Of a stretch of 64,000 nt of DNA, positions 24,545 through 36,994 are shown piece by piece. This stretch comes from Mobula hypostoma. Its lineage: Eukaryota. Position 1 is the first letter of the stretch. Each line of letters opens with the position of its first letter. The stretch spans positions 35,900,001-35,964,000 of the forward strand of contig NC_086097.1 of NCBI RefSeq assembly GCF_963921235.1, given 5' to 3'. The notes beneath the pieces are model-generated. The model was not told the DNA's origin, did not search any database, and worked only from the letters and a program-made list of their open reading frames with translations. A program made the translations under genes and the position numbers.

Positions 24545-24940
24545 ACCATAGAGTCATAGAACACTACAGCACAGATGGCCCTGCAGCCCATTTAGTCAAT
24601 GCCAAACCACAAAACTGCCTAGTCCCATCAATTAGCACACAGACCATGGTTCCCAATACTCCTCCCATCCATGTACCTATCTAATTCTCTTTTGAATGTT
24701 GAAATCGAACCCACATCAAACACTTGCACTGGCAATTCGATCCATACTCTCATCACGTTCTGAGTGAAGTTCCCTTTTTGTCTCCTTTCACCTTTCAACC
24801 TTAACCCATGACTTCTAGTTGTAGTTTCACCCAACCTCAGTGGAAAAAGCCTGCTTGCATTTACCCTGTCTACACCCCTCATAATTTTGTATCTCTCGGT
24901 CAAATCTCCCTTCAATTTTCCACATTCTATGGAATAAAGT
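24545..24940 (-). mobile_element. CR1 3' fragment
   Basis: LKGDLTERYKIMRGVDRV..TRSHGLRLKG. Confidence 0.8.
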
Positions 24941-24944
24941 TTGA

Positions 24945-25405
24945 GGTTCAAAGAAAAATGTATTATCAGAGTACATGTATGTCACCATATACAACCCTGA
25001 GATTCTTTTTTCTGCGGGCATACTTAGCAAATCTATAGGACAGTAACTGTAAACAGGATCTGTAAACTGTAAACAAACTGTGCAAATGCAGATATAGATA
25101 AATATCAATAAATAATGAGCATGAATTAACAATATAGCAGCGTCCTTAAATGAGTGTAGCTATCCACTTCTGTTCAAGAGTTTGATGGCTGAGGCATAGT
25201 AACCATTCTTGAACCTGGTGGTGTGAGTCCTGAGGCACCTGTACCTTCTGCCTGATGGCAGCAGCGAGAAAAGAGCCTGGCCTGGGTGGTGAGGATCTTT
25301 GATGATGGATGCTGCTTTTCTATGACAACATTTCACGTCATGTGCTCAATGGTTGGGAGAGTTTTATCCGTGATGTACCGGGCCGAATCCACTACCTTCT
25401 GTAGG
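24945..25405 (-). mobile_element. Rex1/Babar-like 3' end
   Basis: Same 3' UTR and terminal-ORF motifs as 14730-15935. Confidence 0.65.
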
Positions 25406-26060
25406 ACTCTGAACTTCAGGACTGGAAGATGTAGAATCCTTGTGAGTAGAGTTAAGAAACTGCCAGGGTGAAAGAGTCTGATAGGAGTTATATACAGGCC
25501 TCCAAACAGTAGCCAGGATGTGGGCTACAAATTGCAATGGGAGGTAGAAAAGGTAAAAATGTAAAAAGGGCAATGTTATGATAGTCATGTGGGATTCCAA
25601 TATGCAGGCAGATTGGGAAAATCAGGTTGGTGCCGGATCCCAAGAGAGAATTTATAGAATGCCTATAAGATGGAATTTTAGAGCTGCTTGTGGGTGAGCC
25701 ACAGGGGATCAGCTATTTTGGTTAAGGTGTTGTGCAATGAACTGGATTTCATCAGTGAGCTAATCCAGGAGGAAGTGATGATAATATGATAAAATTCACC
25801 CTACAATTTGAGAGGGAGAAGCAAAAGTCAGATGTATCAGTATTATAGTTGAGTAAAGGGAATTACAGAGGCATGAGAGGCATGACCAAATTTGATTGGT
25901 AGGAAACACTAGCAGGGATGATGGCAGAGCAGCAACGGATGGAGCTTCTGGGAGCAAATCAGAAGGTGCAGGATAGACACATCCCAAAGGAGAAGTATTC
26001 TAAAGGCAGGATGATGCCACCATGGCTGACAAGGGAAGTCATAGCCAACATAAAAGCAAA

Positions 26061-26743
26061 TGTAGCCCCCCGCCGGCCACCCTCAGGGTTGCTCGGCTCA
26101 CTGTCGTCTAGGGAAACAGCCTCGGCCCCGCCAAACTGGGTAATAGTTTGTGTGGATGCTGTGTGAGGTACCCCACCCCGCCCAAATAACAGACAATACA
26201 CCAGATGCAATTAAATGATATACAGTTTATAGATATTACTGGAACTATATAATTAAGAGAATAAAATATAAAAGGAAAATAAAAGGCGCCACACTTATCG
26301 AAGTTCAATCTCTTCGTGCACAAAACAGTTGGAGCTCAAGGACCTTCTTCTTCACCCTGCGACCCCCTCGGACCACCTCGACCGGCCGCCTGGGACCAAC
26401 AAAGGTGGTCGACCAGACGCTCCACACGAGTCCGTCTCCATCTCCTCGCTGAACGCCCTCCTCGGGGTCCGACCCCGTTAGCGGACATCACAGCACCTCG
26501 TCCATCCTCTCCCACCTTCTGCCCCAAAACCCCACGCATACAGTATCTTCAAATACACCAAAACCATAACAACTATCCCAATTGGTTAATAGCACCCTCT
26601 TATCACCCTCTCAACAAAAACAAGCTGCTAGCGCAAACTTTCTCAGCGTTTAATACAACAAAGCCACATTCCCCACATTAACATAACAAAGACGCCATTT
26701 TAATTAGCCTCCGCTGTAACATAAAAGTCAAAACCCCCTGACA
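26061..26743 (-). repeat. 3' LTR
   Basis: Direct repeat of 29455-30148, preceded on the minus strand by the PPT at 26744-26756. Confidence 0.92.
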
Positions 26744-27031
26744 CTCTCCCCCCACCAAATAAAGTCATGTCCTCATGACTTCTAAATAACTCGCCAACCA
26801 GTCCTGCAGACACACAACACACACATACACAGATACACACAGTGCCAGTGCTCCCCAATCAGTGGACCTTACTCCCGTCCCACAGGCGCTACATAGGCCA
26901 ACCTATCTGGGAGCTTCTTAACCCTCCGAGACCTCCGTACCCCCTCACCTAAACCCAAAAGGCTCAGACACTACTAGGGATACCTCGGGTCCGCTTGCCA
27001 ACTCCTCTCTCACTCAGGCCACCACTACAGC

Positions 27032-27946
27032 TCAGAGCCCCCTGTCCTGTGTCCGGGGCCCCGCCTCTCCTCCTTCCTGATCCTGCCGCAACTCAGACTG
27101 CCCACAGCTAACCCTCCCCACTACACCTGACTCAGTGGGAGAAGGGCCAAAGGTCGCTTCCTCAATCACGGGGAAGCTAGCAAAAGGCAGCATGTACCAC
27201 ATGTGCAGCACATCATCCTTCGAATCCGTATCCTTCCTCATTCCTTCGACCGGTAGCTGCTGTTTGAGTTTCTCCAAACTGAAACATTTAGCCGGGGCTA
27301 CTCCTTCAGCCTCCTGCAGTTGAGACGTCAGCTTCTTCGGGGACTCCTTCAACACTCGCCACAGCCTCAGCAGTTCCGACTCAGGGTTCCTGGCCATCTC
27401 CATCTGGGACGCAGTTACCCCACCAGCTTCTTCCTCCCTGACCTGAAAAGCAGCAGTTAAAAGATGTTCAGCCTCCGGTTGTTTCTTCCTGAGGACGTCC
27501 TCCAGGTCAACTTTCAGTTTTTCCACTTCGTTTAAACTCACGATAGTCATCTTCAGGTTCCTTTCAAGCATCCGCCTCCCTTTTCCGAGATCTGTCCTCC
27601 ATTTCTTCACCTCCTCCGGAGTGTAGTCAAACTCTCCTCCCTGGGCGCTCGGTTTTCTGTTGACCTTAGTCAGAACACTTCCTTGATCTTCCCCAACTTG
27701 TAAGTCTTCCAATCTGTTCTGAATGGACGTCTTGAGTTTCTGCTGATCCCTTCGAAGGTGGGTCATTGTTTCTCCTCGCTGGATTAATTCATCAGTACAT
27801 GACCGCAGTGCGGTGCAAATCCCCTCTCTTCCCTGTGTCTCAATCAGATTGACGACCTGGGTTTCCATCCCCTGGTCCACCACCGTCTGTCCCAACACCA
27901 GGAAGTTCAACTGGTATGTCGGGTCATTTTTCTCACATTGCACCAA
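27032..27946 (-). CDS. Chimeric ORF: sarcomeric myosin heavy-chain rod fragments (~234 aa) fused to the Gypsy pol C-terminal tail
   Basis: 304-codon open frame with [75 protein letters not shown] and [24 protein letters not shown], colinear with myosin II rod motifs. The annotated start codon is TTG; expression is unknown. Confidence 0.8.
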   Translation of the reverse strand: MVQCEKNDPTYQLNFLVLGQTVVDQGMETQVVNLIETQGREGICTALRSCTDELIQRGETMTHLRRDQQKLKTSIQNRLEDLQVGEDQGSVLTKVNRKPSAQGGEFDYTPEEVKKWRTDLGKGRRMLERNLKMTIVSLNEVEKLKVDLEDVLRKKQPEAEHLLTAAFQVREEEAGGVTASQMEMARNPESELLRLWRVLKESPKKLTSQLQEAEGVAPAKCFSLEKLKQQLPVEGMRKDTDSKDDVLHMWYMLPFASFPVIEEATFGPSPTESGVVGRVSCGQSELRQDQEGGEAGPRTQDRGL

Positions 27947-29454
27947 ACTCCTCCGGCCAAAAACTCCTCCACATTTGACACTTCACTTCGGTCGCCCGGG
28001 CTCAGCCACTCCCCTCACCTCATAGTCCCCACAGGCGAATCCAAGCTCTAGGCGGTCATCCACATACGTCAAAACTCCACACACCTTCACTTCCCCCATG
28101 GTCTTCCTCATGCCCCGCAGGAAGGATGCAGGGGCTCCGGATATGCCCTTGGGCATCTTTTCGGATCGGAAGAATCCTAGGGAATTAGTAACGGCCATCT
28201 TCAGCTCAACAGCCGCACTCCTCGGGATCTGGCAACATCCACCCCTCAGATGCAGCACATTAAACCACGTTGCATAATCCACACACACGCTGCCTTCATC
28301 TTCCACGCCGCTAGGGTCCAGTTGCCGCGACCTCTCTCTTACTGAGGTGTCTTCAGCGGTCAACTCCCCTCCCTCGTGGTAGTTCGGAGCATCTACTAAG
28401 AGAGTCTCACCCTCAGCTACTTTCCCCAAACCGTACCACCGCTGGGTCTCGTTTAAATTCGCTACTGGCTCAAGGCTGCTACACACGTGCTCAGAAGCAA
28501 CTCGACACGCCGGGTGCCCAGAAAATGCCTCCATGACTTCCAGGGTCATTAACCAATCATCGTCTTCTGGATAACTACTGCCACTAGTACCCAAAGTCCC
28601 CGGTGCCCTTGTGGTTGTCAAGGATAAATGCTTCAGACACCGGTTTTAAAACGAACTGTACAACAACTTGATCTGCGCCCCGGGGTCGAGGATAGCTTTA
28701 GCATCGCTTCCCTCTATCCATAGCGACACCCTGGGGCGTGGCCCCTCTAGGCCTTCAGGAATAGGGTCTTTTCCTTTCGGAAGTTCATCGGTACATTGCT
28801 GGGAATGTGCTTACCCAGAGATCCCAAGCCGTTCCCCTCACTGGGCCTCCACTAAGTTTCCCGACACCTCTCTGATCAGCTGAACAACTGAAGGAGGGGC
28901 TGATCCCCTGAAATGATCCCCCTGGCACTGCAAGCAATTTAGCCGCCCTCCTAGCCACGGAAGACACACTGAAAACTTTCCCCCCTCTTTCAAATAACTG
29001 ACAGCTGTCACTACGGTGTAAGCGAGCCTGACAGCTCTAACACCGTCACCAGCCCGCCTACTCAAACTTTCAACCAATCCCTGTCGCTCTCCCTCAACCA
29101 AGCTCTGCCACTCATCTAACAACTGCGAGATCCGCTCCGCCCACGTCTCACACGCCTCCGCCCCTCTTGGGGTGGACACAATCCCAAACGCCAGGCAGAG
29201 CCTGCCAGAGCTAGAACATTTATTCGCAGACCCTACCTTCAAATCAGACCACTCTGTCCTCTCTCTCCCAACCGCATGGACAGCCCCAAGTGCCACCTCC
29301 AACTCATCAATGCTAGTCTGAACTCGAACAAAGACCTCACCCACCACGCATACAGCAATCACCAGCAAATAACCCACAGAGACACACATTACAGATTGAA
29401 ACAGGGCACCACACAGCATACCAGCAGACTCAATCCCGGACAAAGCCCACACAA

Positions 29455-30148
29455 TGTAGCCCCCCCCGGCCACCCTCAGGGTCGCTCGGCTCGCTGTCGT
29501 CTAGTGAAACAGCCTCAGCCCCGCCAAACTGGATAATTCGTTTGTGTGGATGCTGTGTGATGTACCCCACCCCGCCCAAATAACAGACAATACACCAGAT
29601 GCAATTAAATGATATACAGTTTATAGATATTACTGGAACTATATAATCAAGAGAGAATAAAATATAAAAGGAAAATAAAAGGCGCCACACTTATCAAAGT
29701 TCAATCTCTTCGTGCACAAAACAGTTGGAGCTCAAGGACCTTCTTCTTCACCCTGCGACCCCTCGGACCACCTCGACCGGCTACCTGGGACCAACAAAGG
29801 TGGTCGACCAGACGCTCCACACGAGTCCATCTCCGTCTCCTCGCTGAATGCCCTCCTCAGGGTCCAACCCTGTTAGCGGACATCACAGCACCTCGTCCAT
29901 CCTCTGTCCCGCTCTCCCGCCTTCTGCCCCAAAACCCCACGCATACAGTATCTTCAAATACACCAAAACCATAACAATTATCCCAATTGTTTAATAGTAC
30001 CCTCTTATCACCCTCTAAACCAAAACAAGCTGCTAGCACAAACTTTCTCAGCGTTTAACACAACAAAGCCGCATTCCCCACATTAACATAACAAAGACGC
30101 CATTTTAATTAGCCTCCGCAGTAACATATAAGTCGAAACCCCCTTACA
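29455..30148 (-). repeat. 5' LTR
   Basis: Direct repeat of 26061-26743, followed on the minus strand by the PBS. Confidence 0.92.
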
Positions 30149-32039
30149 CAAAAGGGAGGGCATATAATAAAGCAAAAATTAGTGGGAAGTCAGAGGACTG
30201 GGAAACTTTTAAAAACCAACAGAAGGCAACTAAAAAAGCCATCAGGTAAGAAAGATTTGAAATATGAACACAAGTTAGCCAACAATATCAAAGAGGATAT
30301 TAAACATTTTTCCAGATATAAAAACAGTATAAGAGAGGTGAAGATAGATATTGGACCACTGGAAATTACTGGTAGAGAGGGAGTAATGGCAGACAAGGAA
30401 ATTGCATTCAAACTGAATAAGTATTTTGCATCACTCTTTACTGTGGAAGACACTAGCAGCATGCCAGAAGTTTGAGAGTATCGGGGGAAGAAGTTTGTGC
30501 AGTTGGAGAAGGTGCTTGGGGAACTGAAAGGTCTGAAGGTACATAAGCCACCTGGACCAAATAGACTACACCCCAGGGTTCTGGAAGAGGTAGCTGAAGA
30601 GATTGTGGAGGCATTAATAATGATCTTTCAATCACTAGATTCTGTAATTGTTCTGGAGGACTGGAAAATTGCAAATTTCACTCTATTCTTTAAGAGAGGA
30701 TGGGAGAAGAAAGGAAATCATAGGCCAAGTAGCCTGACTTCAATGATTGGGAAGATGTTGGAGTCCTTAATTAAATATGAGGTTTTGGGATACTTAGAGG
30801 CATATACTTAAATAGGCCAGAGTCAGCATTGTTTCTTTAAGGAAAATCTTGCCTAACAAATCTGTTAGAATTCTCTGAGGAAATAACAAGCAGGATAGAC
30901 AAAGGATAATCAGTGGATGTTGTTTATTTGGATTTTCAGAAGGCTTTTGGCAAGATGCCACACATGAGGCTGCTTAACAAGATTAGAGCCCATGGAAAGA
31001 TTCTTGCAGGGATAGAAGATTGGCTGATTGGCAGAAGGCAAAGAGTGGGAATAAAGGGGTCAGTGTTGGGACTGCTTACATTGAATATCAATGATTTTGA
31101 TGACGGAATTGATGACTTTGTGGCCAAGTTTGCAGATAGGTGGAGGGGCAGGTAGTGTTGAGGAAGCAGGGAGGCTGCAGAAGGATGTAGACAGATTAGG
31201 AGAATGGACAAAGAAGTGGCAGATGGAATAGTGTCAATAAGTGTATGGCTAGGCACTTTGGTAGAAGGAACAAAAACATAGCCTATGTTCTAAAATGGGA
31301 GAAAATTCAAAAGTCCAAGGTGTAAAGGGAATTGGGAGGCTTCATACAGGATTCCCTAAAGGATAATTTGAAGGTTGATTCGGTGGTGAGGAAAACAAAT
31401 GCAATGTTAGCATTCATTTTGAAAGGTCTGGAATATAGCAGCAAGGATGTAATGCTAAAGCTGACAAGGCACTGGTGAGGCCTTACTTAGAGTCATTTTG
31501 GGCCCTTATTTAAGAAAGTTTGTGCTGACATTCGAGAATATTCGGTGGAGGTTCATGAGACTGATTCTGGGAATGAAAGGCATATCATACGAGGACTGAT
31601 TGACAGCTCTGAGCCTTTACTTGCTGGAATTTAGAAGAACGAGGAGGGATCTCATTGAAATCAATCGAATGCCGAAAGGCCTAGAGACAGTGGGTATGGA
31701 GTGGTTGTTTCCTATGGTGGGGGAGTCTAGGACCAGATGGCACAGCCTCAGAATGGAGGGATGACCTTTGAGAACAGAGATGAGGAGGAATTTCTTTAGC
31801 CAGAGGGTGGTGAATCTCTAAAATTCATTGTCACAGGTGCCTGTGGAGGCCAGGGCATTTAGTGTATTTACGGCAGAGGTTGATAGGTTCTTAATTAGTT
31901 AGACCATGAAAGGTTATGGGGAGAAGGCAGGAGAATGGGTTTGAGAGGGAAATGATTCAGCAATGATGAAATTACCAAGAAGACTCGATGAGCAGAATAG
32001 CCTAACTCTGCTGCTATGTCTTATCTACATATCCCCTAT

Positions 32040-32857
32040 AGGTAGGTGACCAAAAGTGGACTCAATACTGCAAATTAGGTCCCACCGACGTCTTATACAA
32101 CTTCAACATAACCTCCCAACTTCTGTACTCAATACATTGATTTATAAAAGCCAATGTGCTCAAAGCTTCCCTTATGAACCCATCTACATATGATGCCACT
32201 TTCAAAGAATTATGGATTGTATTCCTAGATCTCTGTCTTCTACCCCACTCTTCAGTGGTCTACCACTCATCATGTGAGACCTACCTTGGTTGGTCATCCC
32301 AAAGTGCAACACCTCATACTTGTCTGCATTAAATTCCATCTCCTATTTTTCAGCCCTAGTCCAGATCCCAATGCAATCTTTGATAGTCCACTGCACCCCT
32401 AGTCTTGGCGTCATCCACAAATTTGCTGATGCGGGTAACCACATTAACACCAGACCGTTGAGACAGATGACAAACAACAATCGTCCCAGCACTGATTCCT
32501 GTGGCACACCACTAGTTATAAGCCTCCAGTCTGCTGCCACTTTCTGACTTCTCCCACGAAAACCAATGTCTAATCCAATTTACTACCTCACTTTGAATGG
32601 CAAGCGACTCAGCCTTCTTGACCAACCTCCTATGTGGGGCCTTGTAAAAAGGCCTTGCTAAAGTCCATGTCGACAACATCCACTGCCTTGCCTTCACCAA
32701 CTTTCCTGGTAACTTCCTCGAAAAACTCTACAAGGTTGGTTAGGCATGACTTACTATGCACATAGCCATGTTGACTATCCCTAATCAGCCATCGTCTATC
32801 CAAATACTTACATATCTGGTGCATTAGAATAGCTTCCAATAACCTCCCCACTACCAT
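32040..32857 (-). mobile_element. CR1 ORF2 fragment
   Basis: LIRDSQHG..SCLTNLVEFFEEVT and SGVPQESVLGRLLF. Confidence 0.85.
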
Positions 32858-34529
32858 TTATGTCACTGACACATGATGATGTGAAGAGTTGGTGAACACT
32901 TGGTCAGTATTAGATAAACCAATCACAGCAGCAGCTCATCAAGAAAATTATTAATTTGCATTGCTCATTTATAATCCCCTTGAACGCTTTCAAGTTTCAA
33001 CTTAGGACTCTCATTCACTCCAGGTGAAATAATTAGTGTTAAAACCACCCTTACTTACCATCTTATTGTGCTACTGCAATTTAACTTATAGTAATGTTCA
33101 GGATTCTGTGTTCCCTTGATTATACTACAGAATTCTACAAATCATCTCTCAGATTTTATAGTATAGACTATAAAATTCCCATTTTCTTCAGTTGTTCCAT
33201 GTACCTTGAGTCCTTACTTAGCCACTATGATCTTCTCCACATTCTCTCCAGCGTTGAATGTACCTCCTGGTCTCACAACCAAAAGCAGAATGCAATATTT
33301 AAGGTACGGTCTAAGCAGAACTCAAGACAATTTATCATGACTTCTATTCTCCTATTGATGGTGTACTGGCCAACACTATTTGCTGCCTCTTGATGTGTTT
33401 GATCTATTTTTTGTTGAGAAACCAACACTGTTGTGTCAGCTGAAGCTTCAAAACTAAATAGGTTGTAGTCCTTTTACCACAACTGTCACTCCAGTTTATA
33501 GCAAAAACCATCAGATTTTGTCGGGTCTAAAAATCATTGAACAGTTTGAATCTTCCATTCCCAAAGAAAAGGCTTCCTGAAATAATAGGCAAGGAATTAG
33601 GCACAGCAGACAGAAAGCAGATACTTTTTTTCCTTCCTTTCTTAATTTCTGATTAAGTAATCTTTAGAATTTGTCCATGTAAGTTTATCACTTTTACCTG
33701 CTCATTCCCTACTTTATTTGTCATTTCCCTTTTCACAGGCATCTGTGGAGGTCGTAGTCATAGGGAATATTTAAGGCAGATGTTGATAGATTTTTGACTA
33801 GTAAGGGCAAGAAAGGATACCAGGAGAAGAGAGAGACTGCAGCTGAAAGGAAAATGGACCAGCCATGATGAAATGGCAGAGCAGACCCAATGGGCCAAAT
33901 GGCCTAATTCTGCTCTTATGGTCGCATTTTCCCGTCTATCCTCATCCATTCTGCTCTTGGAAATGCCATTCAATTTTTTACCAGTATTCTGGAGTTCCCT
34001 TGATCTCACCGTACTGCTCTCTGTCTCCATTAACCTGCGACTATCACTCATTTTGACAAATCTCCCTCAATCATCACTGGTCTGATCTAGTCCAAACCCA
34101 ACCAGAGAAGGTACCTTATTATATCCAGCCAAAATAAAAAAGGTGAAAATTGTTGAATAATTTTCACATTTATTAATTCATTGAAATTTTGTTTTTACAA
34201 TACACGGTAAATTAGACATCATTGCCGTTGAGTGAGGTTCATTGGAGAGTTATTGCACAATATGCTTTGATCACGGACAAAATGAGATAAAGTTCAGAAG
34301 ATCCCTATCTCTAATCACTACAGATTGGCCCAGATACATTCAAACCTTTGAGCAGTATGTTAAATGAAACAATCTAATGAGCTCATTGCAGGGCTCACTA
34401 GTGTGCTATATTGGGTATCAGGGTCAAAGTCAGAAGGGGTGCAAGTCTGAGAGGCATTCAGGGAGTCAGAGGGTGGGACCTGTGTGTTGTGCAGGAGGGG
34501 TGGTAGCACCAAAAGAGGGGCCTGAATGG

Positions 34530-34855
34530 TAAACGCAAGAGATTCTGCAGATGCTGGAAATCCAGTGCCACAAACCAAATATGCTGGAGGAACTCAGCAG
34601 CTCAAGCAGCATCTATGGAGAGGAATAAGCAGCCGAAGTTTCTGGCTTCTTCCCCCTACAAAAGGAAGAGGGAAGAAGCCAGAATAAGAAGGTGGGAGGA
34701 GGGGAAGAAGACAAAATGGAAGGTCATAGGTGAAACCTGATGAGCCTCCATCTTCTTATTCTGGATTCTTTCGCCTTCTACTCCAATCCTGATGAAGGGT
34801 CCTGGCCTGAAACATCAACTGATTATTCCTCTCTATGGATGCTACCTGACATGCC
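34530..34855. mobile_element. Inverted pair of Penelope-like termini
   Basis: 34597-34647 is an imperfect reverse complement of 34803-34853. Contains the hammerhead core CTGATGA..GAAA at 34789-34812. Confidence 0.75.
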
Positions 34856-36734
34856 TGAATGGATCTCCTAGCCCCAGCCTTTCTGAAGACAGAACTTTTT
34901 TTCCCCCCAGAGAAAAACTTAGAAGAGAAGGGTCTAATTTCCTGAGCAGCTCTGCTGGAGCTTTCTATGGAGAATTACCCATTTCCTCGTGTGCTGTAAT
35001 GCAGAAATTACAAGTGCAAAGTGTTGCATCAAATTTCCAGAACTAAGCAGTTCAACCAGTAAATCATTCCAATCATTTTCCATTCCAGAAATAATGGGGG
35101 GAAAAATGGCACCGCACCAATGAATCCCCAGTCCTTTTTGTGCCAATTTTACGTCAATCATTCACACTTCATGCTTTTGGCTTGCACCTCTGTTCAATTG
35201 TATGCCAACATATGTGCTCTATGCGGGAAGCTGAATTCTTGTGTAGAAAGCAAATCATTTGATTGGAACAGAAAAGCTGCAGAATATCAATATAAAATAA
35301 TGAAGGGTCCAAGGATAATCAAGTTAGTTTAGCAAATGGGCAAGTCCTGAATTGGAACACCATGGAGATAAAACAGATTCTTTTGCACCTGCTCAACTGG
35401 AATGAGATTCTGTATAAAAATAATCAGACTTGTCACATTTAAGCTTGATAAAAATTGAAGACAAACAGAAATGAAATTAGAAACAGAAAAGTCAGTCCAA
35501 GACTAAGAGCAAGTGAGTTGCCTTCACATGCTAATACTTCATTATTTTTTCAACCACATATTATTAGTCATAAAACAAAGTCCATATTCAAGGATAAAAC
35601 CCCTAAAATGAAAAACAGCCTTTTTTTTAGAAAAGAAGCATAGAGCCAGCACATGTCTAGACTTTCATAGATAATATAAGTTTTCAAGGAAGACGACATT
35701 CCTTGAATGCCTTTTTGTGCAATTTGCTGTTACCTTCCTTAATTCTCAACCAATGGCAGAGCCTGATGCAGCAATGTATCAAAAGACATAAAATGAGGCA
35801 AAGTCAATTCTTAAAGGCATAGAATCATAGCACATTTAGATCCAGAGTCATGCCACACAGAAACAATCCTATTGGCGCACAATGTTGTTGTTAACCATCA
35901 AGCATTCATCGATACCATCCTATTATTCAACTCTTGGTCTAAACGCCTTAGTGATTCGAATGCTCTTCCAGATAATTTTTAAATACTTTGAGGCTACCTG
36001 TCTCTACCACATCCCCAGACAGTGTTTTGGATTGCTTCCACCCTCAAGGTCAAAAAGCTTTTCTTTATATCTCCTCTGATCCTCTTATCCACCAGTGTTA
36101 GGCACCTCCATTACAGTAAAAGGTTTCTCCATTACAGGAACCACTCTGTGATACAGAAAGAAGCCATTTGGCCTATCATCCCTGAGACAGTCAAAGCTGC
36201 CTTCTGGAATTACGTCTAAATTGTGTAGATGGCAGGTGTTCAAGCAAACTTCCACACACTATTTAAATGTGTAAGGGATTTTGCCTCTGCCACCCTTTCA
36301 ATCAAGGTTACAGAATAAAACCACCCTCAGGATGAATTTTTTTCATCTTTCCTCTTGTAACTTTACTGATTACTTTAAATCTATGCTGTATGGTTTTTGA
36401 CCCTTCTGCTACAGGAAATCCATCTATTCTATTGAACCTACATAAGCCTCTAATAATTTTATACACTTCCATTGTGTCTTGTCTCAGCCTTCTCAATTAC
36501 AAAAGAAGAAAATCCAGCTAACTTAGTCTTTTCATGATAATAATTTACCAGATATTGCAACATCTTTGTAAATCTCATTTGCACTCTCACTTGTCAATCA
36601 TTTTCTACTGACAATGCGATGACCAGAACTGTACACAGTAGTCAAACTATGGCCTTACAACGTCGTACAAAGTTCCAGCATAACCTTCCTGTGCTAATAT
36701 TCAATGCTTCAGATAACACAGAAAATGCCTTATA

Positions 36735-36989
36735 CGAGGGGTGATGGATAAGTTTGTGGCCTAAGGTAGAAGGCATCAATTTTAGAAAACCTAGCACAAC
36801 ACTTAGTCCAGTGGTCGTGGAGCATACAGATCTTGGACCTCCAGAAAGTGTCCACAGCAGGGATGATTGATAAGTTCATGGCATAAGGTAGAAGGAGACG
36901 AGTTATACAGCTCTCATTACACGCACATGCAGTTCAACTCTTTGAGTGAAAATGCAGAAAGTTTTAAGTTAATAACTCATCTCCTTCTA
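36735..36989. mobile_element. Mariner-type MITE remnant
   Basis: TA followed by CGAGGGGTGATGGATAAGTTTGTGGCCTAAGGTAGAAGG. A second copy of this motif lies at ~36859-36897 and a truncated inverted copy (..CTCATCTCCTTCTA) at the right end. Confidence 0.65.
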
Positions 36990-36994
36990 GATAA

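Larger units (their letters stand above)
26061..30148 (-). mobile_element. Two-LTR non-autonomous Gypsy element (PNMA-like gag) carrying captured myosin-rod sequence
   Basis: TG..CA LTRs at 29455-30148 and 26061-26743; TSD CAAA (26057-26060, 30149-30152); degenerate tRNA-Pro PBS TGTGGGCTTTGTCCGGGAT; PPT GGTGGGGGGAGAG. Coding remnants: gag ETWAERISQLLDEWQ..RQGLVESL, protease [10 protein letters not shown] remnant MPKGISGAPASF..TYVDD. Confidence 0.92.
25405..32025 (+). mobile_element. CR1 ORF2 (degenerate), split by the LTR element
   Basis: VIYRPPNS, PWLTREVIANIKAK|GRAYNKAKISGKSEDW, DFQKAFGKMPH, KFAD and a CR1 3' end near 32020. Confidence 0.88.

Noticed and set aside
27032..27946. A genuine host myosin gene or exon
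   Set aside because: It lies between two LTRs, has no motor domain or splice structure, and is internally deleted and fused to pol sequence. Treated as a captured fragment.
28838..29473. Domesticated PNMA-family gene
   Set aside because: The PNMA-like similarity is the element's own truncated gag inside intact LTRs.
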